Notes: a model not told the origin generated them from the sequence alone. Counted from the stretch's first letter, positions 47,595-62,751 are shown. The stretch: DNA of 64,000 nucleotides from Octopus sinensis (GCF_006345805.1 NW_021836153.1:1-64000), one strand, 5' to 3'. Translations and numbers: made by a program.

Positions 47595-49075
47595 CAGTTA
47601 ATCCAGTAATCCAGAGAGGGACAGACAGACACGTTATTGTTTATTATAGTTTTGTTTATTTTTGTTTCAATTTATTTGTATGTGGGTGGAAAGGGTGTAT
47701 CTGTCTCCCAGCACACCCATCCACCCGCTTACTCCACTCACCCAATCACGCAGCTAGCCACAGTACCCCTTTCCGGGCACCACTAGCTCCCACAACGGTG
47801 AACAAAAGTTTTTAGTGTGACCTCGCTAAACAATGCAGCACGTGGGGCCAAGAGAGGTGGAGTTAAGGTAGGAGAGGTCCGAGACTGTTGGGGGGTGGGG
47901 GCGTGTAAAATATGTTGTTCTGGATTTGGGGTTAAACCACCTGAAATGACGGCTATTATAATGATGATGATGATGTTGATGATGACGCAGTGAAGGAAAG
48001 AGAAGAGGGTAACTGGGAGCTGTATGAAGTTTTCTTAGATGGGTGACGTGGAAGGAAGCGGTGTAGCGGGGTTGATAGCTCTTGTACAAGAAATTGTGAT
48101 TATAAAAGTAGGGAAGCGAGATAATGTATTTTTTAAAGGAGATTTTGCTTCTATTCTTCCCAATAATACTACTGGTGGTGTTGTTGCCACTCCTTCAGTT
48201 AATCCCAACTGAAAACTTTTAAAACTTCCAAAACAAAATGTCTGCTGCCACCAATTTGCGATCAGTTAGTATAGTGGCTAGTGTATAGTACAATAGTAGC
48301 AACGGTGTGCTGTTGGTAGTAGTGATGAAATGTGGTGTAGTGAAGTAGTCTGATTAAAAGATTAAATATAGGTAGACAGATCGATGCATAACCTATCTAC
48401 AAAACAAAAATTACGTGACAATCATATGAGTAGTGAACGCCACGGGTGGAAATCAAGACCATAGGACAAAGAAAAATGACAAAAAAGTAACACCTTGATG
48501 GTGCTGGTGATGGGAAGTGAGAAGGAGAGAAGTCTTTATTATTGTATGTTTGTTCTAATCAGGCTGTAGGGCTGTGGGTAACCATGGCTTGATAGACAGT
48601 CTATAACAAGGGTCAGGTGAAAGTTGAGGTGAAAGTCCGACACCAAACTGATGAATAATGTCCGTTAATGAGAAGCTTCTGTTTCTTTCTTCAATGGAGC
48701 TTGACCCGTTCTTCTGTTGGTGTAGTTGTTGTTGATGATGATGATGATGTTGTTGTTCTCGTTGATGCTGGGGTATATCGAACTGGTGTGATAACCCCAC
48801 CCATGAACACACCAACTGACATACTGAAGACAAAAAGAAAGAAAAGACAATGTTATAACAAATAAAACAATAGACACATATGCACATACATATTCAAAGA
48901 TATACATGCGCGCGCAGACACACAGACGCATATCCGCGTTGGGCGATACGCTGTGCTAGACCCGTCCTTGTTTTTTCCTGCCCTCTTTTGTATCGTCTAA
49001 CTGTCCGAATGTTTTGTGGTCACTTGTTACGTTCTTGTTCCATTTGTTGTTATATATATATTGTTCCATTTGTTG

Positions 49076-49112
<37 letters not shown>

Positions 49113-49255
49113 CTATCAGAAAGGAACTCTATCTCTCTTAAAAAAATATCTTTTGATAAGCATAACAAATGCGCAACCGGTAAAAAAGAGCTTTCACCTA
49201 ATTAAATACACTCTCCTTACTTAAATTATTTTGTCAGCATTTTCTTCATTTCCTT

Positions 49256-49312
<57 letters not shown>

Positions 49313-50349
49313 TCCGTGCAGTACGGAATTTTGTCAGTGAACAGGTCGCAGTCTCAAAGCAACGACAAATTAAATTTAAATGTTAACGGTTTTTGTGTGT
49401 TTCTTAAACAGCTTATAAACACCTTCCACGCTGCAATTGTTTTCGTTCCAGCACACGATTTCAGATCAGATCACTTGCTATGCAAGTACATCTCCGTAAT
49501 ATATATATATATCGAAGTATTGAATAAGCAAATTGCGTTTATTGCTTAGTTTCATAATTGTTTCGTTTATTTTCATTATAACCAGTTTTGCGTCTTATCA
49601 ACACTTATTACCGATATATTTCCGTGCACTATGCAATTTTTCCTTTGTGGTGCATGGCAGAATCAGCTTCTCACAACAACACAAAAACCAATAAGTGACG
49701 GAAACGTACAAATGTATCGAGTGAACACGTAAGTGCATGACTTGTAGAAGTGCACACGTATTTCCTCAAAAGTATAAACGAAAAAACTATTGTTGAAGAA
49801 CAGAATTTTAGTTTCAGCCAAGAAGAGAGATCAATTTTATGGTTCCAGTTATTAAGGCTTCATCAGAGATCAGTTTCTTATTCCTGTTCAGAGAGTATAG
49901 TAATTTACAACTATTTATGGCGAAGGAAACTGGTGTGTAATTTGCATAACAATGCTTACATCGGCAATACTTTTACTCAATTATACATTAGTACATTCAT
50001 TAACGACTAGTATTAATTAACTAAACTGCTGAGACAGCGAGCACATCAATTGTAAATGTTTCTCATTGTATTTTCTTTAGTAGCTGTAAACTAGTAAATC
50101 GTTCTCTGAAGAATGAACGAATTCAAATATTCGTAAGCTAAATGTATATTTATGAAATATATCCATGTATGTTTATTCACAACATATAAACACACAGACA
50201 CTGGACGAGAACTTTAGCTATTTAATATATGCAAGTACAAATATATACGCATGTATATATGTACACATATACATACTCCCATCATACTAAGATCTACATA
50301 ATCAACTAATACCGTAAGCAAATTACACAAACACACACACACACACACG

Positions 50350-50490
50350 ACGTGGGTGCTGAAAAGTTCCTGGCTTTAAGGGTGTCGCGAAAGGCCTGTT
50401 TGGCGGCCCAACCTTCCGAATTCTTTTACAGGGCTTAGAAAAACTGAAGGACCGCTGCAATAAGTGTGTGAATAAAATCATAATTAACGT
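50350..50490 (+). mobile_element. mariner-derived MITE fragment
   Basis: TIR-like GTGGGTGCTGAAAAGTTCCTGGCTTT followed by LQGLEKLKDRCNKCVN, similar to mariner transposase C-termini (GIEKL..RW.KCV). Confidence 0.55.
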
Positions 50491-50599
50491 ATCCAACTGT
50501 GTATGTGTGGCATATATATATGTACATATCTTTATATATATATATACATGTCCACTATTCGCTCGTTTCAATCATTAGACTACAGCCATGCTCAGACTC

Positions 50600-50935
50600 A
50601 GCCTTGAAGGATTTAGTTGAAAATTTTTAAATCTTGATGTTTAGTACTTATTTGATAGATCTCCTTTGGTGCAGCGCTAATGTTATGGGGTCGTAAACAA
50701 ACGAACACCAGTTATCATATGGTGGTGGAAGGGACAAACACAAAGAACAACTTGTGCGTGTGTGGTGTGCACGCGTGTGTGAGTGAGTGTGTGTGTGTGC
50801 GTGTTTGTATACACACGACGGGCTTCTTTCAGTCTCCATTAGCCAAATCCACTCGCAATGGCTTTGGTCGATCCAAGGCACTGGACCCAAGGTGCTACTA
50901 CGTAGTAACACTGAACCCGAAACCTTGAGGTTGAG
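50600..50935 (-). mobile_element. SINE family A, degenerate
   Basis: GACGGGCTTCTTTCAGT...CCAAATCCACTCGCAATGGCTTTGGTCG. Confidence 0.6.
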
Positions 50936-51422
50936 AAATTCTACGCCTACCTTACCACACACACACACACACACACACACGATCAAATATATATAGAGCG
51001 TGCATTTCAATAATTAAACATGAATATATACAACTACATGTACATTGTACACACTCTCGCTCACACACACACGACTAAACAATCATATATCTTCATCACG
51101 TTAAGTAGTTGCTAGCGTTGACAGCCATCTTATCTGTGTGTCTACTTCGAAAGTGGACAGCCGTCGGTGTCTTGCGACATCTGTCTGTTCTTTGCCCCAA
51201 TCATAACCGGCCGCCGCCATTACTCGAGTCGCTGTTGTTGTCGTTATTGATTCCTCTTAATGTAATATTGATTAAAACAACCTAATCTTCAGTGTATAAG
51301 GCTTTACGTGCGTGTGTCTTTTTAGCGAAGCGAGTGTAGTACGTCGTCAATACGTCTACGTACGCGCTGATGGTGAACGAACGCACACGCACTCGTACAT
51401 ATATACACAAATATATATATAC

Positions 51423-51459
<37 letters not shown>

Positions 51460-51856
51460 TATATATATATATATATGATTATACACACACATATATATAT
51501 TTAGATACACACACACACACACATATATATATATATGATTATACACACACACACACACACATTATACACATACATACATGTATGTGTGTATTCTTTTATT
51601 TTTACTCGTTTCAGTCATTTGAGTGTGGCCATGCTGGAGCATGGCCGTTGGTCCAACAAATCGACTCCAGGACTTGTTTGTTTTGTCCATCCAAGATTTA
51701 TTACCATGTGTGTGTGTGTACAAATGTGTATATGTCTACATCAGTATATGTTAATTGGCTAAAGTCTTGACCCTGTATATATGTCTATGTATGTATGCGT
51801 GATTCACATTCAGGATATATTTTATAGGAATACAAATTAATACCAGAGTTCAATGG

Positions 51857-51956
51857 GTTCTTTTATGTTTACGGAACCCCAACTACGTTAGCCTCAAATG
51901 GGATTTGGTTCTTTTATGTTACGGAACTCCGACTACGTTAGCTTCAAATGGGATTT
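51857..51956. repeat. ~50-bp tandem duplication x2
   Basis: GGTTCTTTTATGTT(T)ACGGAAC.CC.ACTACGTTAGC.TCAAATGGGATTT occurs twice. Confidence 0.85.
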
Positions 51957-52709
51957 GAGCTCAAACATAATGGACTAAATTACTAAATTACCACTAGTCA
52001 TTTTATCCGACATTCTAACGATTTTTTCACTCCGGTGCTCTAGTTATTGTTTATGCCCCAGGACACGGTGGAAAGTGTTCCAACCGTGAACAACCCGAAT
52101 TTTGGTGTATCCAAGCCTACACTAGGCACTAAATGCAGTGTAATTTCGTTGAGTTTGGGCTCCATTTCACACACACAAAGTAAATTCAAAAGCAAGAAGA
52201 ACGGCTAGTAAAATCTGCAATACGGTTTCAATCCACAGCCAGTTGTAATCAGCTCGTTTCATTTTGACGTTGATTCATTTGACAAGGCGTGAATGTCACA
52301 ATCACTCATTCCATTATTATACCTACCAAATCAATGAAGTGATGTCAACATGTGTCTGCCATATTTTGGTGTAAAGTAGAAAATGAGACTGTGGGGCGTT
52401 TATGCCTTTCCAAAACGAAGAGCAATCGTTCAGTGGAAACTCTATCATGAACGGTAACACAACTCGCTCGTAACTTAACAGAACTGTGCATATTTCATTT
52501 GAGAGAGAGAGAGTGTGTGTGTGTGTGTGTGAGCATACATAAACTTATGTGTGTGTCTATAGATGTATATGTTGTGTACATATATATATATATATATATA
52601 CTTGTATGTGCATGTATGTTGTATATAACTATATATATATATGCACATGCAAGTGTGTGTGTGTGTGTGTGTGTGCGTGTACATGAACCTGTATGTGTCT
52701 ATAGATGTA

Positions 52710-52756
<47 letters not shown>

Positions 52757-53234
52757 ACATACACATACAGCGTGTGTGTGTGTCACACATACAATGCGCA
52801 TACACACACACATAATCAAGAAGGCCAAGTCGTGTGTGCGGATAAGGAGTTGGCTTCGCAATGACCACATGGAGTTGTGGTCATCTCAAGGTCATCTAAC
52901 CTAGAGTTGAACAATCCCCTTGTTAAAGCTACCTGGTCGACAGAAGCTGTAAGTATACCGGTGCAAAACGGTGGGGCAAGTTACCTTCTAAGTGAAAAGG
53001 AAACTTATCATTCGGTAGTACATGTATTGATATGATCGAATAAAAATCTTTGAACACAATGTCATGGCGAAACTGCAGGTTAATTGACTGGAATCTATCA
53101 ATGAATATTACATATCGATTAATTTGAGTCTTTAATCTGCGTGCATATGTGTACGTGTGGGTAGGATGAATGTGTGTGCGCATATATATATATATATATA
53201 CGTAGAGAGATACATGTACATACATGTATACATA

Positions 53235-53500
53235 TCTTTTATTTGATTCTATCATTAGATAGCGGCCATGCTGGAGCACATTCTTGAAGGGTGTTTTTGT
53301 CGAACATATCGCCCCTAGTACATTTTCGTTACGTCCGGTTCTCAGTCTATCGACCATTGTTCTCGGGCCGCTCAGCTACGGGGATGTAAACAAACCGACA
53401 CCAGCTGTCAAAAGGCGGTGGAAGGCAAATATATAGACACACACATACACATATATATATGACGGGCTTCTTTCAGTTTCCTTCAGCCAAATTCACAACC
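53235..53500 (-). mobile_element. SINE family A, old degenerate copy
   Basis: GCGGCCATGCTGGAGCAC...GACGGGCTTCTTTCAGTTTCC. Confidence 0.6.
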
Positions 53501-53839
53501 AAAGTAAAAAATATTTTTAAATATTAAGCTGTGTGCATATGTGTACGCGGAGGTAAATAGGTAGATGTCTATTTATGTGTACGTACTCGGATAGTAGGAT
53601 ATATGCATTTGAGCATTCATATGTATATATATATATATTATTTGAGTATGAATTGAGGTACCTTAAAGTATATATTATACAACTAAGACTCTCTCTCTCT
53701 CTTTCCCTCTGCCTCTCTCTCTCTAGTATTCGACCTACCACATTTGGTATTTTCTCACGGTCACAGCTACCTGTATTGAAAGAAGTCGTGTGACTTGAAT
53801 CATAAGTCGTTTTACAATGCATTGCATATAATACATAAC

Positions 53840-53884
<45 letters not shown>

Positions 53885-54006
53885 AAGAAGCTGACAGTGA
53901 CTTTGCACCTGATTCAGGATCCTGGAAGCGTCAAGCAGCCGGATTCAGGCAAAACTTTAAATTTACAATCAATAACTTTAGAAATAGAAATAGATATAAC
54001 AACAAC

Positions 54007-54042
<36 letters not shown>

Positions 54043-54127
54043 TCACACTACACTGCATCGATTTCTTTATCGGAAAAAATGAAGTAACGCTTTCAGTTTA
54101 ACAGATCGACATATATTTTTAAAACCC

Positions 54128-54160
<33 letters not shown>

Positions 54161-54390
54161 ATATAATATATAATATGTGTGTGCATACATACATACATAC
54201 ATTTACTGGCTCCGGTCATTGGATGGCCGCCATATTGGTATACAGCAATAATGGGTTTGATTGATCAGATTAAACTACACGAATATTTTACGAATCTATA
54301 TTTCTCGAAATGAAACAAAGACACAAACATAATCACGGATACACAAACACAATAAATGTATGTATGTGTGTCTGTGTGTGTACGTATATA

Positions 54391-54432
<42 letters not shown>

Positions 54433-54599
54433 TTACATACATATTCACTTGATATATATATAATAGATTCTGAACACAAGGATCTACTCGAGTGCGTCTG
54501 TCTGTCTGTCTGTATGTATGTATGTATTTACGTACGTATGTACATGGTCCACCTCAAACCGTTGGAGGATTTAGCTGCACAAAACAAACCCAGTACATT

Positions 54600-54732
54600 T
54601 TTTTTATGCAAAGCCTAATACTTATCGTATAGGTCTCTTTTTTGTCGAAACGCCATGTCACGGGGACGTAAACAAACTAACACTGGCTGTCGAACGCTGG
54701 TAGGAGACAAGAGTAAAGACACACACACACAC

Positions 54733-54767
<35 letters not shown>

Positions 54768-54935
54768 TAGGAATGTAAGTACATGAGTTTCAGTCAACTA
54801 AATTCACTTATAAGACTTTCATTGTCACGGGGTCACAATAGAAAGACACTAGCCCATGGTGACACGCAGTGGGACTGAACCCAGAATCATGTGGTTGGGA
54901 GATAAGCTTCTTACCAGACAGCCACACCTGCGCCT
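54600..54935 (-). mobile_element. SINE family A, degenerate
   Basis: GGGGACGTAAACAAAC...GCAGTGGGACTGAACCC...CAGCCACACCTGCGCC. Confidence 0.65.
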
Positions 54936-55436
54936 ATATTTTACTTGAGTATTATTACTTAATTATTATTATTACCTATTCCGTTGAAGTTTATTACTAT
55001 TACTATTATTATTATTTCATTTACATTAAATACCTAAAACAAATAGGGCATTTCGTTAATTTCGATTTAACGGACTTACAGTAAAGAAGACACGCCTTCC
55101 ACGACATCTACAAATCAGTCTGTTCAATCGAACGGGTCGAAAACTCTAGAATAAAAAATCCCTTTTCTTAAAAGTATCCGTCAGTCCAAAGCCATGCCAC
55201 TGTGGAAGACGACATTAAATGACCAGTACAAAAGGAGTCTGGACAGCTCGTGACTGGACAGCTCCATGTCAAACGTCCTCTACCCGACCGAAGCATTGTT
55301 CTGAAACATATGAAGTACTGAATTCTAAAATCAGGTTATTAACTATCGCTATGCCTAAGCGAAATAATAATAATAATAGTAGTGTAGTAGTAGTAGTAGT
55401 AGTAATCATAAATAATAATAATAATGAAAATAATAC

Positions 55437-55640
55437 ACTCTACTCTAAGCACAAGGCCTCAATTTTGAGGGAAGGGATTAAGTCGATTACACTGACCCCA
55501 GCGCGTAAACTGGTACTTAATTTATCGACCTCCGAAAGGATGAAAGGCACACTCGACTCCGGCGGCAATTGAACTCAGAACACGAAGACAGACAAAATAC
55601 CTATTTCGTTACTACCCAGAAGGGGCTAAACACAGAGAGG
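55437..55640 (-). mobile_element. 5'-truncated dimeric SINE family B
   Basis: Contains the dimer junction (plus strand AATACCTATTTCGTTACTACCC). Confidence 0.7.
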
Positions 55641-55661
55641 ACATTATTATTATTATTATCA

Positions 55662-55701
<40 letters not shown>

Positions 55702-55751
55702 ATATATATATATTATATATATATAATATAATATATATATATATATATATA

Positions 55752-55784
<33 letters not shown>

Positions 55785-56079
55785 CATATATATATGAAGA
55801 GAGAGATCTATAGGTGTGGGTTGTGTGGTGTGAATAATAGATCTGGTCTAGGTCAATAATGGCTGACATTGCAAGTTATCGAAGTTTCGAAATTTGTGTG
55901 TATGTGTGCGTACGCTAGGGTATATGGGCTGTCTCACAGCTGCGTATACACGATATAGTTAAACGGACAAACATGTGAAATTATACACATACAAGGGGGT
56001 GTGTGTGTGTGTGTAAGTATACATATATAGACATATATACACATGCGTGAGTGGTGTTTGTGCGCGCCCGCGTGTGTGT

Positions 56080-56504
56080 ATACAGGAAGAGATACACGTA
56101 CGTATGTCTAGGTGCAAATATATATACACATATCTATGTGTATGTATATATTAATGTATAATGCATGTATATGTGTGTATGTATGTATGTATGTATGTAT
56201 GAGTATATATATATATGTGTCTATGCACATGTGTGTGTGTATGTGTGTATATATATATATATATGTGTGTGTGTGCGTGCGTGTATGTATGTGTATATAT
56301 ATATATATGTGAGTGTGCGTGCGTGTATGTGTATATATATATATGTGTGTGCGTGCGTGTATGTATGTATGTGGTGTGTGTATGCATGTATGTATGTATA
56401 TGTGTGTGTGTATATGCATGTATGTATGTATATGTGTGTGTGTATATGCATGTATGTATGTATATATGTGTGTGTGTATTTCTATATATACATATATGTG
56501 TATG

Positions 56505-56550
<46 letters not shown>

Positions 56551-56640
56551 TGTGTGTATGTGTGTGCGTATGTATGTATGTATAAGTGTATATGTATACA
56601 TATCTTTATATGCACACGCATATATATATATATATATCAT
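56080..56640. repeat. Compound (TA)/(TG)/(TATG) microsatellite block
   Basis: Low-complexity dinucleotide and tetranucleotide repeats. Confidence 0.95.
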
Positions 56641-57088
56641 TCACACACGCGCGTCCGTTTATCTCGATTATATCGCACAATCAATATACATCATCAGCAT
56701 TATTGATTTTTACAGACAATGGAATACAATGAACTTATACGACACACACAAACACACACACACGTTCGTCTACAGTTGTAGCCACATGCTGTAATAGCCC
56801 CAAACAGAAACATTTGCAGTTCCGATCAGTTGAGGGTGAAGGGGTGACATGTGACCCCTCCGTTTGTTTTTAGATCGGATGCTATTGACTTTGATGCTCG
56901 ACCCCCGGCCCCCACCCCCACCCGCTTCTTGTTAGGCCTGGTTACTCGCGACAGGGGACTTCGTCGTCGCAACATTTGGGAGCGACGTACAAACACAACC
57001 CATCTGTTTCCTCCTACTTCATGTTACGACAGCCACATCTTCATATGCACGCACACGTACATACATGTTCATATACATACATACATAC

Positions 57089-57133
<45 letters not shown>

Positions 57134-57202
57134 AATAAAAGAACGCAAAACAAGAAAACACACACTATCTACGTACATACATGCATACATCATATGTATA
57201 TA

Positions 57203-57274
<72 letters not shown>

Positions 57275-57404
57275 CATATCCATACGTATATACACATATT
57301 TCCATCTGTATAGATATACACAATCATATATATTATAGACAGCATTATTGATTTTTACAGACATGAATACAATGAACTTATATGTATATATATTCTTATA
57401 TTTT

Positions 57405-57600
57405 TTATTTTACTTGTTTCAGTCATTTCATTGTGGCCATGCTGGAGCATCGCCTTTAGTCGAACAAATCGACTCCATGACTTATTTTTTGGAAGCCCCA
57501 TTTTATCGGTCACTCTTTGCCGAGTCAGTTGCCAAGCGATGGCGAATTGCGGGGGGAGGCAAACACAGACACGCACACATAAATGCACACATACACACAA

Positions 57601-57635
<35 letters not shown>

Positions 57636-57742
57636 ATGGGCTTCTTTCAGTTTCCATCTACCAAATCCACTTACAAGGCTTTGGTCGACCGGACTATATA
57701 AGATACTTGCCCAATCTTCTTACCACACAGCGACACCTGCGC
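57405..57742 (-). mobile_element. SINE family A with internal deletions
   Basis: TTTTACTTGTTTCAGTCATT...GGGCTTCTTTCAGTTTCC...ACACCTGCGCC. Confidence 0.75.
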
Positions 57743-57769
57743 CTATATATACGTGTGTATATATGCATA

Positions 57770-57850
<81 letters not shown>

Positions 57851-58137
57851 GCACACATAATATATATACACGGTCATATATGTGTGTGTGTGCACGTATA
57901 TATATATAATATATATATATATATATAACAAAATAATAAATAAAACATATGCATATACACACACACACGCACATACATTAATTCCATTTGGAATTGTAGA
58001 ACTATACAATAAAACGAGTTTGCTCACTTCATTTTCCTTGTTAATGTTCCTATATACTCATATATATGCATATATATACACGTTTACCCATACATCTATA
58101 TCATATATATACACACGCGCGCACCTGCTTTCAGTCG

Positions 58138-58164
58138 TTATATATATATATTATACATTTAAGT

Positions 58165-58200
<36 letters not shown>

Positions 58201-58206
58201 CATTAA

Positions 58207-58256
<50 letters not shown>

Positions 58257-58294
58257 CATTTAAGTATATATATTATACATTTAAGTATATATAT

Positions 58295-58325
<31 letters not shown>

Positions 58326-58336
58326 TATACATTTAA

Positions 58337-58380
<44 letters not shown>

Positions 58381-58433
58381 CATTTAAGTATATATATATA
58401 TATAATATATTATATATATTATACATTTTTAAG

Positions 58434-58466
<33 letters not shown>

Positions 58467-58513
58467 CATTTAAGTATATATATATATATATATATAATAA
58501 TTATACATTTAAG

Positions 58514-58544
<31 letters not shown>

Positions 58545-58625
58545 TACATTTAAGTATATATATATATATATATATATATACTTAATGTATAATATATTAT
58601 ATATATATATATATTATACATTTAA

Positions 58626-58671
<46 letters not shown>

Positions 58672-58678
58672 CATTTAA

Positions 58679-58718
<40 letters not shown>

Positions 58719-58858
58719 CATTTAAGTATATAATATATAATATATATATATATATAATATATATTATACATTTAAGTCTATATAATATTATATATATATA
58801 ATATATTATACATTTAAGTTATATATATATTTATTATATATATATATTTACATTTAAG

Positions 58859-58889
<31 letters not shown>

Positions 58890-58977
58890 TACATTAAGTA
58901 TATATATATATTATATATATATATATTATACATTTAAGTATATATATATATATATATATATAATATTATACATTTAA

Positions 58978-59019
<42 letters not shown>

Positions 59020-59042
59020 ATATATATATATTATACATTTAA

Positions 59043-59080
<38 letters not shown>

Positions 59081-59175
59081 CATTTAAGTATATATATATA
59101 TATATATAAAGAGTGTATATATATATATAATATATATATATATAATATAATATAAAATATTATACATTTAAGTAT
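58138..59175. repeat. Compound minisatellite: core ATTATACATTTAAGTA separated by variable (TA)n, about 23 units, one inverted
   Basis: Units counted by eye. The inverted unit CTTAATGTATAATA lies at ~58581. Confidence 0.9.
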
Positions 59176-59723
59176 GTATATATATATATATGCACACACA
59201 CACACACATACTCGTATATGCATAAATTTACGCATACATATGCATATGTGTGTGTGTGTACGAGCGCGCGCGCTAAACCACGAATTTAAGGCGATGGGGG
59301 TGGCGCAGTCGATTACATTGACCCCTCAGTTCTTAACTCGTCCTTGGTTTACCAACGTCGGAAAGATGAAAGGCAAAGTTCACAGTTGTCATACTTTTTA
59401 CATCAGAACGTAAAGAGCATGGGGTGGTGGTGGTAGTGTATGGGTTGGTAGTCACAAGAGTAGGAACTCCACGGTAAATTCAGGATGCATTCTCGGGTCT
59501 AATATTAGACTAAAGCCATTTAATCTTCCACTGTCCCCCGAACATGAGACTATCGGATTAAATATTAAAATCCCCCAATGAGTTGACAGGGAATTACTCT
59601 TGTTACACTACATTCCTAGTTCAAATCCCCACCGAACTTGAATTTACTATACTATAATACATATTAAATTTTATCGTATACTACATTTTCATTCATACAT
59701 TGCATATAATTAACATAATGTAA

Positions 59724-59766
<43 letters not shown>

Positions 59767-59930
59767 ATATATATATATATATTATAGCGCAATAAATATG
59801 ATAAAATAGATTAATATATAACATTATATATATTGTACATTGTGTTATAATATGCATATATATATATTTATGTTAATATATTTCATATTATACGTTTTAT
59901 ATACGGTATGTAATATAATGATAAATAAAT

Positions 59931-60327
59931 ATTCATTTCTATTCTAGGCACAAGGCCCGAAATTTTGGGGGAGGGGATCAGTCAATTAGATCTACCCCAG
60001 TACGCAACTAGTAATTAATCGATCGATCCCGAAAGGAGGAAATGCAAAGTCGACCTCGGCGGAATTTGAACTCAGAATGTAAAGACAGACGAAATACCTG
60101 TTTCTTTACTACCCACAAGGGGCTAAACATAGAGGGGACAAACAAGTACAGACAAACGGATTAAGTCGATTACATCGACCCCAGTGCGTCACTGGTACTT
60201 AATTCATCGACTCCGAAAGGATGAAAGGCAAAGTTGACCTCGGCGGAATTTGAACTCAGAACGTCAAGACAAATGAAATACCGCTAAGAATTTCGCCCGG
60301 TGTGCTAACGTTTGTGCCAGCTCGCCG
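59931..60327 (-). mobile_element. Full-length dimeric SINE family B
   Basis: Head GGCGAGCTGGCAC, unit 1 with tail 1, junction GGGTAGTAAAGAAACAGGTATTTCGTCTG, then unit 2 with tail 2. Confidence 0.85.
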
Positions 60328-60896
60328 TCTTATTGATAATATAAATATTATCGTGTCTGAATAATATAATCTCTCGGGAAAAATTATATATTAAGCAAAC
60401 AAGCATACATGATGGGTTTTAGACATGCGTGTATATTTTCCATGTACATTTCCTGATTAAAAAAAAGAACATACTCAGATGAAATGTACATGCCAATATT
60501 TATATATTTTATTTCGTTTTTAACAGCTTACCATATACACCTATTAAACACTCACTTCACAGCTATGTGATATCCCAGTGAAAATCTATACACTATATAT
60601 ATTATATTATACACCATAGATTTACAAGGGTGCAATGAACCCCATCTACATGCAACATGCTCATAACAAGTATTATATATATATCTATATATATATATAT
60701 ATATATCTATATATATTATATAATATATTATATATATATACTATACATACACGCAACATACACGCAGCACGTAACAACCTCAACAGATCATACAGGTATA
60801 TGACTAGTGTTATATATTATATATTGCATAGTATCATATCACGCTACGATTTTATAGTGTAACTTAATGATACTTCTATACACACATACACACACG

Positions 60897-60945
<49 letters not shown>

Positions 60946-62152
60946 CTATTTATAACATAACTGTATACATATTACAGATATGTAACGAGTTGTAGAATGT
61001 GCGTTTATACAGCTGAGCGAATCGCAGTATCGTTTATACGTTATTCTGTTCATACATCAAATAGTATAACAGTAAACAGATTAAAAATATAGAATATATA
61101 CGTATACATATTACAGATATAGACATGAAATATCGCTGTGTACACAAGTATATAGGATATATAACATAGGATATATAACATACATCTCTAAAATAGATAT
61201 TTATGAACAATCGGTACACAATACACATGGTAATGTTATACGCAATAACAAATACATAAAGAAACCGATTGTATAATTATTAATATTCAAGAAGAATATG
61301 TACGTATATGTATGTGTATATATATAAAACTTAAAACTTTGATATGTTTCGACCTAAAGATTGGTCCAAGCCATGTCTAACTTAATAGCACCACCTGATA
61401 TATATATGACATATAAATAAATGCATATGTATATATACATGCATATATGGGTACAGGACATCAAAAAAAACGTAGACAGAATGAGAAACGAGAACATAAA
61501 AAAAAACATAGAGAAACGAGACATGAAACATAATGAACATTCCCTTCATCAGTTGTTCCCTGTATATATATATATATACATGCGTAGTTGTAAATTACAA
61601 CTTGCCAGAAGATCGTCCACGCATACAGGCGTGTAGCAAAAGTCTGACTCAACCAAAATAAAAGATCAATTTCTACCAAAATACTGAGTACCCTTTTTCC
61701 TGACAGTTATATTTATTTGTGTGTGTGCGCGCGCGCGCGTTTTCCGTGTTTTGGTCACGGCACTGCGGCCACGTGTTGGATCGGGGCACCTTGTTTGGAG
61801 GGTTTACACCAACAAATCAATCGCAGTAGTTTTAATTCTTGAAGTCTGGTACTTATTCTATCGGCCTCTCTCGTCGAATCATTTTGTTGTGAGGACGTTA
61901 ACAAACCAACTTCCAACCGTCAAGCAGTAGGGGAGAAAAAAACACCACACATATACACACACACAGAGGTGTATGCGTGTGTGTAGTACACATAATATAT
62001 ACGTATATATGTGTGTGTGTGTGGATAATGTATTTACATTAACACAGAAATACACACACACAGATATATATGTATACACACACACACAAATACATTTGGA
62101 ACATTGCTCACAGCATCTGCTTCATGAGCGCATTGTAGTCTCCATTCCTCTA

Positions 62153-62193
<41 letters not shown>

Positions 62194-62584
62194 ATATTCA
62201 CACACACACGGGCGTGTTTGTATATATGCACGCACACGAATGTATAACTGGTATGTGTGTGCATGTATGCAGTTATGTATACGTATGCACATAACACACA
62301 CACATACAATAAACTATCGTAAAGTCATCTTGAGAATAACTTTATGAAGTGCAAGTCTCAACGGTATACAACCAAGACATTTTCGTACATCTGGGACATG
62401 CCATATACATATGCATATATTTATATGTATTCATATATATAAATATATTTATTATCATTATTATTATTATTCAGTTCTAGGTTTAATAAGGCCGGTTAAA
62501 CGGGTTCCATGCCGTATAGGTGGTCGAAATGACAATAATCCTGATGAACGAGGCGCCAGCTCAATGGTAGCAATTTGTGAATGT

Positions 62585-62730
62585 AATGGTACAAGTCGAT
62601 TACATCGGTCGCTGTACTTGTGTGCTACTCAAATTTATCGAACCCGACGGGATGAAAAGTAGCAAAGTCGAGTTGGTGGGATTTGAACTTTGAAAGAGAG
62701 AGAGATAATGCTATGAATTTCGTCTGTCTT
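62585..62730 (-). mobile_element. SINE family B, degenerate
   Basis: AGTCGATTACATCG...GGATGAAAAGTAGCAAAGTCGA...GGGATTTGAACT. Confidence 0.55.
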
Positions 62731-62751
62731 ACGGGCCTAGATCTATATAAG

